Below are positions 41,098 to 49,188 of a stretch of 64,000 nt of DNA, piece after piece; within the stretch, counting starts at the first letter, position 1; every line of letters begins with the position of its first letter. Source of the stretch: a virus; IMG/VR virus record IMGVR_UViG_3300025117_000005, positions 12,275-76,274 of that record; one strand, given 5' to 3'. The translations under genes were made by a program, and so were the position numbers. The notes under the pieces are model-generated. The model was not told where the DNA came from, ran no database searches, and saw only the letters and a list, made by a program, of their open reading frames with translations.

Positions 41098-41346
41098 ATG
41101 CGATTTAAATTGAGTACCACATGCCACACCTACGATGATCGGGAACAGATCCAGAAATTAAAGGGATTTGGTTTTTTATTTCAGCCATCCCGGCAACACG
41201 TCGAGGAATACGAAATCAGCGGGGAACCGGAGATGGAAATAACTACTATGGATGATTTGATCACATTTTTACGGGCATGCGAAGAACTCATCATCCTGGA
41301 CGTGGACCCTCTATCAATAGAGATCTACGACGGACACAGAGAATAA
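41098..41346 (+). CDS. Hypothetical protein
   Basis: SD plus ATG; C-terminal SIEIYDGHRE. Confidence 0.65.
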   Translation: MRFKLSTTCHTYDDREQIQKLKGFGFLFQPSRQHVEEYEISGEPEMEITTMDDLITFLRACEELIILDVDPLSIEIYDGHRE

Positions 41347-41363
41347 ACAGGAGGAATAAACCC

Positions 41364-41573
41364 ATGTCTACCACCTATTCCATAGCGTGTAGAGACTGCA
41401 AACAACATCTATGGATCGCTCAGAGCCACAGTGGTCAAGGATACATTTATATAGCACCACAGAATGTAAAAGCGTTATACGACTTTCTGACAGCCCACAG
41501 ACGTCACAACCTGATTTATGATGAAAATTGCGAATCCGAAATAGCGGAATACATTGAGGTGGAAGTATCGTAA
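41364..41573 (+). CDS. Small zinc-binding protein
   Basis: MSTTYSIACRDCKQHLWIAQ...FL.AH..H. Confidence 0.7.
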   Translation: MSTTYSIACRDCKQHLWIAQSHSGQGYIYIAPQNVKALYDFLTAHRRHNLIYDENCESEIAEYIEVEVS

Positions 41574-41769
41574 AAAAAGGAAAGCGAGGAACCCATGAAA
41601 ATAATCATTCTCAAAATCTTATTTCGCATGTTTCTTTGGATTTACCCGAACGATCATTGCACGGTCCACGACAAGCAGGATCGGGTTTTACTGTTTACGA
41701 CCATCCCGCCTTTAGGTACAACGAGAACCATTACAATTTGGAAAAGCATTCAGTCAGAGGAATAAACCC

Positions 41770-44700
41770 ATGGCTTACCACTCCAACAAATTCAAACACT
41801 GGGACGTACCGCACCCAGGACCGATACAGAGCGAGGAACCCATGACCGAAGCCGAAGAGATATTGACCGACACGGGACGCGCGGCAAACCATGATTTGTC
41901 GTTCCGCCGATGGTCCGCTTCCCGCCACGCACAATATTTTACAAATATGCGCGTCTCGAATCTTTTGTGTTCCATGGTAGCCTTGCTCCTGCCAACTCCG
42001 GAAAGCATCAAGCTCCTGCACGTCCTTGACCCCACATGCGGAACCGGACGCCTGCTCTATCCGTTCAAACGCAAGGAGGCCCGGGTTGTCGGGGTAGAAC
42101 TGGACAAAGAGCAGAGCGACAAGGCAAAGCAGCTTCTGGGAAAGGAAGCCGTCAGGCCCGGCTCAATTCTGGACTACGCGCAGTACCTGGAATCCTCTTT
42201 CGATATCGTAGTCACCAACCCGCCCTACGGTATCCTGTGGAGCCAGGAAGACACGCCATTTGAGTTTGAAGGATTGTCCTACGCAAAGAACATCGAGAGC
42301 CAGAACGCCACCCTTCAAATCTGTCACAAGGCGCTTAAAGGTCACGGCTGGATGTTTGCAATCATCCCTACCAGCTCATTCACCAACGACAAAGACAGCT
42401 CGCTCCGGCAGTACCTGTACCATAATTTTACCGTGTGCTTTCGGGCAACCCTGAACGGACTGTTTAAGGAGGAATACGGCATTGACGTCCAGGTTGACCT
42501 TGTGGCTGCGGCGCGGAAGGGGTATGGGCATGACAGGTCATCCCTTAAACCGATCGAACTGGACGCAACAGACCCGCTTTTAGAGCAAAAGGTGATTGAG
42601 GCATGGAAGCCAATTGCCCAGGCCCTGGGCATCCCCGCATATAACCTCTATGACCACGAAACCGCCGTACCTTTTTTGAACAACCTGATTGAGATGCCAG
42701 TTTCAACAAATGCTGAAATCACGGCCCGGGGTGTAAAGGCCGACCCGACCAGCCTTGCTATGATGGACTTCTATAATGAAACTTTGAGATTTTACAACCC
42801 CGTGGTAGGAAAGCCGACCGGGATCAAAGACGCTTTCCTTGAGGCCCCCGCACTCTGTAAGCGTGGAGTAGAGAAGGCTGAGGAAATATTGACGGCGATC
42901 GGTTACAATGTGACGGTCACAGATACAGCCCGGAAGAAGATTGCCGCCCTACAAGAGAAATTCAAGCTGCTATCCATCCCGATCTACCCCCCGAAGGACC
43001 ACCAGTTACTTGCCTACTTCGACGAGAGAGAGTACACGGCGAAGGCCGACGTTTATGACATCACGGAAGACAACGAGTACAGACAGGATCACCGGGATAA
43101 TGGACAGGGCAAAAACCCCGTCATCCTCTTTAAGAAGGGGAAGGCCTACCACCTGAAGCCATCATGGGTACGACAAAAGGAGTGCGCCGGGATTGAGGTT
43201 ATCGGAGAAGGCAAACAGCAGAAGACCATCACGACCGAGATCGACCGCGGGTTTCTGTCAATCTCCGTGGACACCGAGCAGGGTAACCGCGAGTTCAGGG
43301 AACCCGAGCCAATGGAGGTAGCTCTTTTTTTAGAAGCATTTGATTTACCAGTAGTGAACGACATCATGACCGAGAGGCCCGAGCAGGTCAAGGCATGGAA
43401 GGCAAAACTTCTTAAAACGTATCCACATGTTTTTACCCCTGAGTTCGACTACCAAGCCGAAGACCTGTCACGGATCCTCACAAAGACAAAATCCGCGTAC
43501 ATCGGTTACGATATGGGAGGGGGTAAGAGCGTGTCGGCCCTTGCATTTCACGCCGTCCGCAACGTCAAGCGAGTTCTGGTTGTCTGTCAATCTTCGCTGG
43601 TAGACAACTGGACCAATGAGGCCGAGAAGTTTGGATTTAAGGCCCAGAGATTAACCAACCATAAATCGATTGACCTGTTACTACAGGCCATCGACAGTAA
43701 AACCGAATCACCCGGAACGACGTTTTACATCACATCCTATGAATTCCTATCCCTTGACACCGGCAAGGTATATGACCCCTGGACCTGTGTTAAATACGAT
43801 AAGGACGGGAACGAGCGCCACCGGGTAGAGGGGAACCGAGGCCGGACATGCCAGCAGTGCAATACTGAATATTCATCCCTGCAAAGGGAGTGCCCGAAGT
43901 GCAAGGCCAAGGAGGAATGGACCGGGGAACAGTGTTTGAAATGCGGGTACAGCGCATACACTTATTCGTCGAAGCTGAAGCAGTACCCCGCATACCGAAG
44001 AATCAACAAGCTGTTTCGCTCAGTGATTATCGACGAGAGCCAGCAGGCAAAATCGAAATCCAGCTTTCGCGGCCAGGCCGTCAGAGCCCTCCACGCCAAG
44101 AGCAGACTGGAATTGACCGGCACATTGATGAAGGGCTACATCACAGACACCTTTTTCAATCTTGGATATGTGGCCCACCATAACAACCCACTGTTCCCGT
44201 ACCGGTTCGACAGGAGAGGAAGCAAGCTATTTGCGGAAGAGTTCAGCACGTTCGAATTCAAGTCAATCGAGTTTGAGGACACACTTTCAAGAGGCCGCAA
44301 AAAGGAATTACCAGAGGTCTCTAACCTGAACCGGTTCTGGAAGATCCTTGCAGCGTTCGCAGTGCGCCGCCTCAAAGACGATATGGTGAAACTCCCTCCT
44401 AAGTACCGGCGCATTATGGCCCTACCCCTGGACCCCGCACACGCGACCGAGTACGGGATTGCAGCCAGTAACGCAAAGGAAAAGATCGACCGGGAAATGA
44501 GAAAGCCAGAGGAAGAGATCAACATGGGTGTCATTTCGAAAGCCCTGTGGTCTATGAGGTTCGCGGCCACCGTCCCTAGGATCTACCCGCAGGATAACGT
44601 CAAGATCCGGAAGGCAATCGAAATCACCGCAGAGGCCAGAGCCAAAGGGGAAAAGACAATCGTATTTTCCGCACTCCGGGAAATGCAACTCACACTACAC

Positions 44701-45345
44701 CAGGAGTTTGAACGCCGAGGCATCAACCATATCTTCATCCCCTCGACCGTGCAGACGAAGGACCGATTCAGACACATCAAGCGATTTCAGGAAGACCTAG
44801 ATATCACCTGCATTATTGCCGGCCTGAACGTCCTGAACCGGGGATTTACCATCACCGCCGCAAACCATGTGATCTTTACGGACGTGGAGTACAGCCCGGA
44901 GAGCACCGACCAGGGAGAGGACCGGGCGCACAGGACAGGCCAGGACAAGCCCGTGACGTGCTGGTATCTCCTGATCGACTGGACAGACGAAGACCAGAAC
45001 ATAGATTTCAAGATGTTCGATCTCATCCACGCTAAAAAGCAGGCGATTTCCAACGCGATCGATGGCAAAGTGAGATTCGACAAGACCGCCCGTGTTCTAC
45101 GCGCCGGAGGGGATTTCTTAGCTCTTGCAAAAGCGATCAGCGGGGAAGTGGAAACCCCGGTATCGTTCGAGTACGAGAGGATAGGAGACAGCCACGCAGA
45201 ACCCCCGCAGATGCAGGAGACAACGGTTATCGAAGACGAGAAGTGGTACACCCTGTACGAGCAGGTTCACCAGGAGAAGGCAGATAAACCCGCGATCGTG
45301 AGGAAGAAGAACGGAAACGAAAACCAGTTAAGCATGTTTGGATAA
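41770..45345 (+). CDS. N6-adenine methyltransferase - SNF2 helicase fusion (DarB-like)
   Basis: LDPTCGTGRL, NPPY; GYDMGGGKS, IIDESQ, LTGT, QGEDRAHRTGQ; inserted CxxC x3 zinc ribbon. Confidence 0.9.
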   Translation: MAYHSNKFKHWDVPHPGPIQSEEPMTEAEEILTDTGRAANHDLSFRRWSASRHAQYFTNMRVSNLLCSMVALLLPTPESIKLLHVLDPTCGTGRLLYPFKRKEARVVGVELDKEQSDKAKQLLGKEAVRPGSILDYAQYLESSFDIVVTNPPYGILWSQEDTPFEFEGLSYAKNIESQNATLQICHKALKGHGWMFAIIPTSSFTNDKDSSLRQYLYHNFTVCFRATLNGLFKEEYGIDVQVDLVAAARKGYGHDRSSLKPIELDATDPLLEQKVIEAWKPIAQALGIPAYNLYDHETAVPFLNNLIEMPVSTNAEITARGVKADPTSLAMMDFYNETLRFYNPVVGKPTGIKDAFLEAPALCKRGVEKAEEILTAIGYNVTVTDTARKKIAALQEKFKLLSIPIYPPKDHQLLAYFDEREYTAKADVYDITEDNEYRQDHRDNGQGKNPVILFKKGKAYHLKPSWVRQKECAGIEVIGEGKQQKTITTEIDRGFLSISVDTEQGNREFREPEPMEVALFLEAFDLPVVNDIMTERPEQVKAWKAKLLKTYPHVFTPEFDYQAEDLSRILTKTKSAYIGYDMGGGKSVSALAFHAVRNVKRVLVVCQSSLVDNWTNEAEKFGFKAQRLTNHKSIDLLLQAIDSKTESPGTTFYITSYEFLSLDTGKVYDPWTCVKYDKDGNERHRVEGNRGRTCQQCNTEYSSLQRECPKCKAKEEWTGEQCLKCGYSAYTYSSKLKQYPAYRRINKLFRSVIIDESQQAKSKSSFRGQAVRALHAKSRLELTGTLMKGYITDTFFNLGYVAHHNNPLFPYRFDRRGSKLFAEEFSTFEFKSIEFEDTLSRGRKKELPEVSNLNRFWKILAAFAVRRLKDDMVKLPPKYRRIMALPLDPAHATEYGIAASNAKEKIDREMRKPEEEINMGVISKALWSMRFAATVPRIYPQDNVKIRKAIEITAEARAKGEKTIVFSALREMQLTLHQEFERRGINHIFIPSTVQTKDRFRHIKRFQEDLDITCIIAGLNVLNRGFTITAANHVIFTDVEYSPESTDQGEDRAHRTGQDKPVTCWYLLIDWTDEDQNIDFKMFDLIHAKKQAISNAIDGKVRFDKTARVLRAGGDFLALAKAISGEVETPVSFEYERIGDSHAEPPQMQETTVIEDEKWYTLYEQVHQEKADKPAIVRKKNGNENQLSMFG

Positions 45346-45357
45346 GGAGGAAACCCG

Positions 45358-46299
45358 ATGAACCACGCCATCACCGCCCTACTACTGCAACCCGAGGCCC
45401 AGGAGGCCCAGGAGGCCCAGGCCCCACAGTCCCATTATGACCGCTTCCAAGGGGTGTTCGAATCGTTCAAGGCATCCTACGTCAACGAGCGCCACCCCAC
45501 GGAGAACACGTTGCGCAGCCTGAAAATGGTTGTCCCCAGGTTTCTCACATTCATCTCGAAAAACCGCCAGGACGTGAACGAGATCGACAAGCAGGACGTG
45601 ATTGACTATCTCAATAGCTTGAAGGGGTTAAGGACATCCAGCCGCCTCTTGCACCTGAGAATCATCACCCTCTTTATGAACTGGCTGCACCACATGGGAA
45701 CCCTTAAGGCGCAGTGGGAAACCGTAACTTACAAAGGCCGGGCAGATGTCCCCAGAGCCCCCCAGAAGGAATTAACCAAGGAAGAGGTCGAGAAGATTCT
45801 GAATCACATGGACAATCTGAAGGGGAAGGAGAAGGTCTTGATTCAGCTACTTCTTGCTCGACCACTCCGGATAGGGGAACTGGCAAAGCTGGAGGTCCGG
45901 GACGTGGATCTGACCGGGAGAACCATCACCATCACTAAGGGGAAGAACAAAAAGACCCGGACCATCTCTATCCCAGAAACGATCTATGACGGACTGAGCC
46001 AGTTGATTGAAAGCGCAAAACTCCGACACGACCTTGTCTTTGGATTGCAGACTGTTTCGATGATCCATATCGTGAACCGGGTTCTGGAAAAGGCAGGAGT
46101 TATCAGGAATGGAAGGTCTACACACTCACTGAGGCATACGGTGATAATGAGGATGAGACACGAGGCCCATGTTGATGTCGAGGTTGTAGCTGAACTGGCA
46201 GGCAACACGCCCGGGACCATCTACCGGAATTACAATCACGTGCCGGTTGCCGCCCAGCGCCAAGCCGAACAAGATTTAGATAGACTTCTTTCTGTGTGA
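45358..46299 (+). CDS. Second tyrosine recombinase (Xer/Cre-like, with core-binding domain)
   Basis: LRIGEL, KGKNKK, THSLRHT, LAGN...YRNY. Confidence 0.9.
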   Translation: MNHAITALLLQPEAQEAQEAQAPQSHYDRFQGVFESFKASYVNERHPTENTLRSLKMVVPRFLTFISKNRQDVNEIDKQDVIDYLNSLKGLRTSSRLLHLRIITLFMNWLHHMGTLKAQWETVTYKGRADVPRAPQKELTKEEVEKILNHMDNLKGKEKVLIQLLLARPLRIGELAKLEVRDVDLTGRTITITKGKNKKTRTISIPETIYDGLSQLIESAKLRHDLVFGLQTVSMIHIVNRVLEKAGVIRNGRSTHSLRHTVIMRMRHEAHVDVEVVAELAGNTPGTIYRNYNHVPVAAQRQAEQDLDRLLSV

Positions 46300-46340
46300 A
46301 TGCTACCATACCCTTATCTCTTATGACAGGAGGTAGGGGT

Positions 46341-46652
46341 ATGAAAAAGATCATTCTGCTTGTAACCTGTCTACTGTTGATTGGCTGCGCCATCACCCCG
46401 CGCACGAACCTCACCGACCACCCCGCCTATCGCAATGCCTCTCAGGATAACCGGGAACGGATTAAAAACCACCGGGTAGGTGTTGGCATGACGATTGAAG
46501 AATGCCAGATCTCATGGGATCAAGGCATCTTCAGGAAGGTCAGGGCCGATTCTCTGGGCTATGAATTATGGAGAGTAAAAAATGGGGATAGAGACGTGTA
46601 TTTGCACGTGAGAGGTGGCGTAGTAACGTCTTGGTCAGAATACATTCCCTAA
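46341..46652 (+). CDS. Lipoprotein (superinfection exclusion candidate)
   Basis: MKKIILLVTCLLLIGC lipobox; VGMT.EEC..SW; adjacent to the repressor. Confidence 0.7.
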   Translation: MKKIILLVTCLLLIGCAITPRTNLTDHPAYRNASQDNRERIKNHRVGVGMTIEECQISWDQGIFRKVRADSLGYELWRVKNGDRDVYLHVRGGVVTSWSEYIP

Positions 46653-47104
46653 GCGCCGTTATGATGCTGCTTGAGGTATTCCGAGATCAGGCCTGCCCTT
46701 ATCCTTATCAAGTCATTGAAGAGTTGTTCGTTTTGTGCTGCGGTCAACCGGCTATCCTTCAGGACTACTCTACGCCAGTCCTGTTCGGTATCTTGCAGGA
46801 ACCATATGGGAGGAACATCGTATGCTTTACACAGGGCTTCCAGCGTATCGACCTCAATCGGTTTCCTCCCGTGTTTCATTTGTGAAATTAGCGAGGCAGA
46901 GAAACCGATTTTCCGTGCCACCTGCTCTTGCGTAACACCTTCCTTATCAAGTCGTTCCAACAGGAGTAGGTAATTCTTCCGAATGATCTCACCGAGTTTA
47001 CTGCTCTGCATGGCCTCACAAATTAGTTGTACCTTATCCGGCACAATCTCCCCCCTGCTCTGGGCTACTTTAGAAAGTGAAAGTATCATATTTGCGTCCT
47101 CCAA
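46649..47104 (-). CDS. XRE-family HTH repressor without S24 peptidase domain
   Basis: GVTQEQVARKIGFSASLISQMKHGRK; flanked by divergent promoters. Confidence 0.85.
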   Translation of the reverse strand: MEDANMILSLSKVAQSRGEIVPDKVQLICEAMQSSKLGEIIRKNYLLLLERLDKEGVTQEQVARKIGFSASLISQMKHGRKPIEVDTLEALCKAYDVPPIWFLQDTEQDWRRVVLKDSRLTAAQNEQLFNDLIRIRAGLISEYLKQHHNGA

Positions 47105-47119
47105 TCAAGCATTAAATTA

Positions 47120-47148
47120 ATGATATTACCAGAATTGATGATTGTCAA
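47120..47148 (-). promoter_or_regulatory. Repressor promoter
   Basis: TTGACA-17-TATCAT. Confidence 0.7.
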
Positions 47149-47278
47149 TACAAATTTTGTCTCACAGTTAACCTTTTTTCCTATACCCCCCCCCAACACC
47201 CACAGTACATATCTAATATATTCGATATGTTATGATCTATTACTATCCTGGCTCGGAATTTGCGTCTAAACTATTCTG

Positions 47279-47348
47279 TACTGTCAGAAAATTTTTCTTG
47301 ACATTCCTTCTCAAAAAGTGTAAAAGAGTATTAAATTTACTGACAGTT
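47279..47348 (+). promoter_or_regulatory. Rightward early promoter flanked by two operator-like dyads
   Basis: TTGACA (47298)-17-TAAAAG; TACTGTCAGAA at 47279 and TTACTGACAGTT at 47337. Confidence 0.65.
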
Positions 47349-47381
47349 CACCGATGGGTGGTGGACACAAGGAGGGGGCGT

Positions 47382-47570
47382 ATGGGGAGGGTGGCACAAA
47401 TCCAAAGTAATAATGTACCAGCAACACAGACCAGTCTGATCACCAAGAAGGAATGCCAGAAGTGTGAGTTGTGCGTGGTTTGTATCTTCTATGATGCCTT
47501 TACAAGCCATCCCAATTTAGTCTCGTTGATCTTTAGAGACGGCTGCCCCGGGAGCGATTTAAAACGCTAA
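47382..47570 (+). CDS. Small CxxCxxCxxC protein in the cro position
   Basis: SD AAGGAGG; CQKCELCVVC...GCPG. Confidence 0.6.
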   Translation: MGRVAQIQSNNVPATQTSLITKKECQKCELCVVCIFYDAFTSHPNLVSLIFRDGCPGSDLKR

Positions 47571-47577
47571 GAGTCAC

Positions 47578-47617
47578 GACGCCTGCATAAGTAATCGGCA
47601 GATAGGCGTTATTTTTT
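47578..47617 (+). terminator. Intrinsic terminator after first early gene
   Basis: GACGCCT...AGGCGTT followed by ATTTTTT. Confidence 0.6.
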
Positions 47618-47654
47618 GTCCGGATGATTTACTATAGGTTAACTATTTCCCCCA

Positions 47655-47746
47655 CCCGTCAGGGGCCTAACGGATAATGACGGGCATGGTTTTACCTCCT
47701 TTCTCGACCCGTGGGGATTGGGTCTGGTCAACCCGATCCTCACGGG
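47655..47746 (+). ncRNA. Candidate sRNA: hairpin - anti-SD/anti-start linker - hairpin
   Basis: CCCGTCA/TGACGGG stem, linker CATGGTTTTACCTCCTTTTCT, 16-bp stem 47708-47746. Confidence 0.55.
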
Positions 47747-47772
47747 GAATCTAAAAAAGTTCAGGAGAAGAT

Positions 47773-47949
47773 ATGCTTGCTTATCTTATGAAAGACGAAC
47801 TGAAGAACCTGGTCCAAAATGTCATGCTCCCAGCCCTAGATGGCCTGACATATAAGGATGCCCAAGATGTCCTTACCTTCTGCGAGGAAGTTCTCCGTCA
47901 CAACTTGAACAAGGCGGTCATCAACTTCCCCATATCGAAGAAGGAGTGA
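47773..47949 (+). CDS. Hypothetical protein, 58 aa (below ORF-track cutoff)
   Basis: SD AGGAG; MLAYLMKDELKNLVQNVMLPALDGL... Confidence 0.6.
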   Translation: MLAYLMKDELKNLVQNVMLPALDGLTYKDAQDVLTFCEEVLRHNLNKAVINFPISKKE

Positions 47950-47955
47950 AACCAT

Positions 47956-48213
47956 ATGAACGATAAAAAAGCGAAGGCTCTCCGTAGACAGGTTTATGGC
48001 TCGGGCTCCAAAAGAAACGAAGGTCAATATAAATACGACACCAAGACCGTGGAGCGTCAGGTGAAGGGTCCTAACGGAACATGTAAGGTAGGGGAAGACG
48101 GAAAACCCAAACTCGAAAAGGTCAAGGTCATGGTCGGCGGTTTCTACTGCGTGGGCAAAAGAGCCGAATATCTCAAGCTCAAAAAGGAGAGTAAGGAGGC
48201 CCGGACGCAATGA
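47956..48213 (+). CDS. Basic hypothetical protein
   Basis: MNDKKAKALRR...R..Y..LKK. Confidence 0.7.
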   Translation: MNDKKAKALRRQVYGSGSKRNEGQYKYDTKTVERQVKGPNGTCKVGEDGKPKLEKVKVMVGGFYCVGKRAEYLKLKKESKEARTQ

Positions 48214-48422
48214 GCAAGTTCCTCTCCTACGTCGGCATCGGACTCCTATGCTTCGCCCTGGGATCTTTCTATGGGCACTGGAAGGATAAGGATAATTACA
48301 AACTCCTGGAGGCCCAGTTTAACACCTTGAACGGGCGAGTGAAGGTCTTGGAAAAGGGCACGTTCAAGATAATACCAAAACCCAACAAATCCACCAAGAT
48401 GCAGTTGAAGAGGACCCCATGA
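48210..48422 (+). CDS. Small membrane-anchored protein
   Basis: N-terminal hydrophobic segment; ATGA coupling. Confidence 0.55.
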   Translation: MSKFLSYVGIGLLCFALGSFYGHWKDKDNYKLLEAQFNTLNGRVKVLEKGTFKIIPKPNKSTKMQLKRTP

Positions 48423-48709
48423 AGACATGCTTGGATTGCCTACATTGCAAGGTCATCTTTCCTGTCAACCAGGAGAACCCACTTTTGACGGACCTCACCG
48501 TCACTACTTCGGTGAATAGTTCCTCGCAGCACGTGCGGAATCTACGGTGTGCTAAGGATCGATGGGACACTGAGACAGGGGTACAGAAGAAGACAATACG
48601 CTATGACGCGGGAGCCAAGAAGCATGCACAGAACGGAAAGAGCAGGTTCTTGAATTTAAATCGATTTTGTGAAGACCGCGAATACATGGAGGACCACGAT
48701 GAATCCTAA
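48419..48709 (+). CDS. Cys-rich hypothetical protein
   Basis: MKTCLDCLHC; coupled. Confidence 0.55.
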   Translation: MKTCLDCLHCKVIFPVNQENPLLTDLTVTTSVNSSSQHVRNLRCAKDRWDTETGVQKKTIRYDAGAKKHAQNGKSRFLNLNRFCEDREYMEDHDES

Positions 48710-49178
48710 TATTTTAGGGCTTGACCTATCCCTCGTAGAGACAGGGGCCTACTGCTACGACCCGGTAGAGGGCGGGGAGGTGTTTCAGACGATAGTAACC
48801 TCTAAACCGAACCCGGATGTAAGCGACATCCAGAGGATCAACACGATCCTTGCCGCCATTCAACTCTTGATAGATAGGGCCAACCCGAGCCTTGTTTGCA
48901 TAGAGGGATTGAGTTACGGCAGTAAGAACACGTCCTCGCTCTGCCAGCTCGCCATGCTCTCTTATGCCGTCCAAAACTATCTGCTTAAGAATGGCATCCA
49001 GTACGCGATGGTCCCCCCGACGACCCTGAAGAAGTTCACAACTGGGAAGGGAAATGCAAAGAAGGAACAGATGCTTTTGCAGATCTTCAAGAGGTGGGGA
49101 AAAGAATTCTCCAACAACAACCTTGCGGATGCTTTCGCTCTGGCAAAATGGGGCGAACGGTCGTTTCAACAAGAGTAG
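48699..49178 (+). CDS. ruvC: RuvC-like Holliday junction resolvase
   Basis: ILGLDLSL..TG, IEG, PPTTLKKFTTGKGNA.K, ADAFALA. Confidence 0.9.
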   Translation: MNPNILGLDLSLVETGAYCYDPVEGGEVFQTIVTSKPNPDVSDIQRINTILAAIQLLIDRANPSLVCIEGLSYGSKNTSSLCQLAMLSYAVQNYLLKNGIQYAMVPPTTLKKFTTGKGNAKKEQMLLQIFKRWGKEFSNNNLADAFALAKWGERSFQQE

Positions 49179-49188
49179 GAGGACTAGA

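Noticed and set aside
45394-45420. GAGGCCCAG x3 tandem repeat as a phase-variation switch
   Set aside because: Unit is 9 bp and stays in frame (EAQ)3; low-complexity linker.
49054-49188. N-terminal extension of the SMC-like ATPase (also 59338 start for int and 16639 start for MCP)
   Set aside because: Downstream ATGs have good SD sequences or match homologous N-termini; the extensions overlap other genes or signals.
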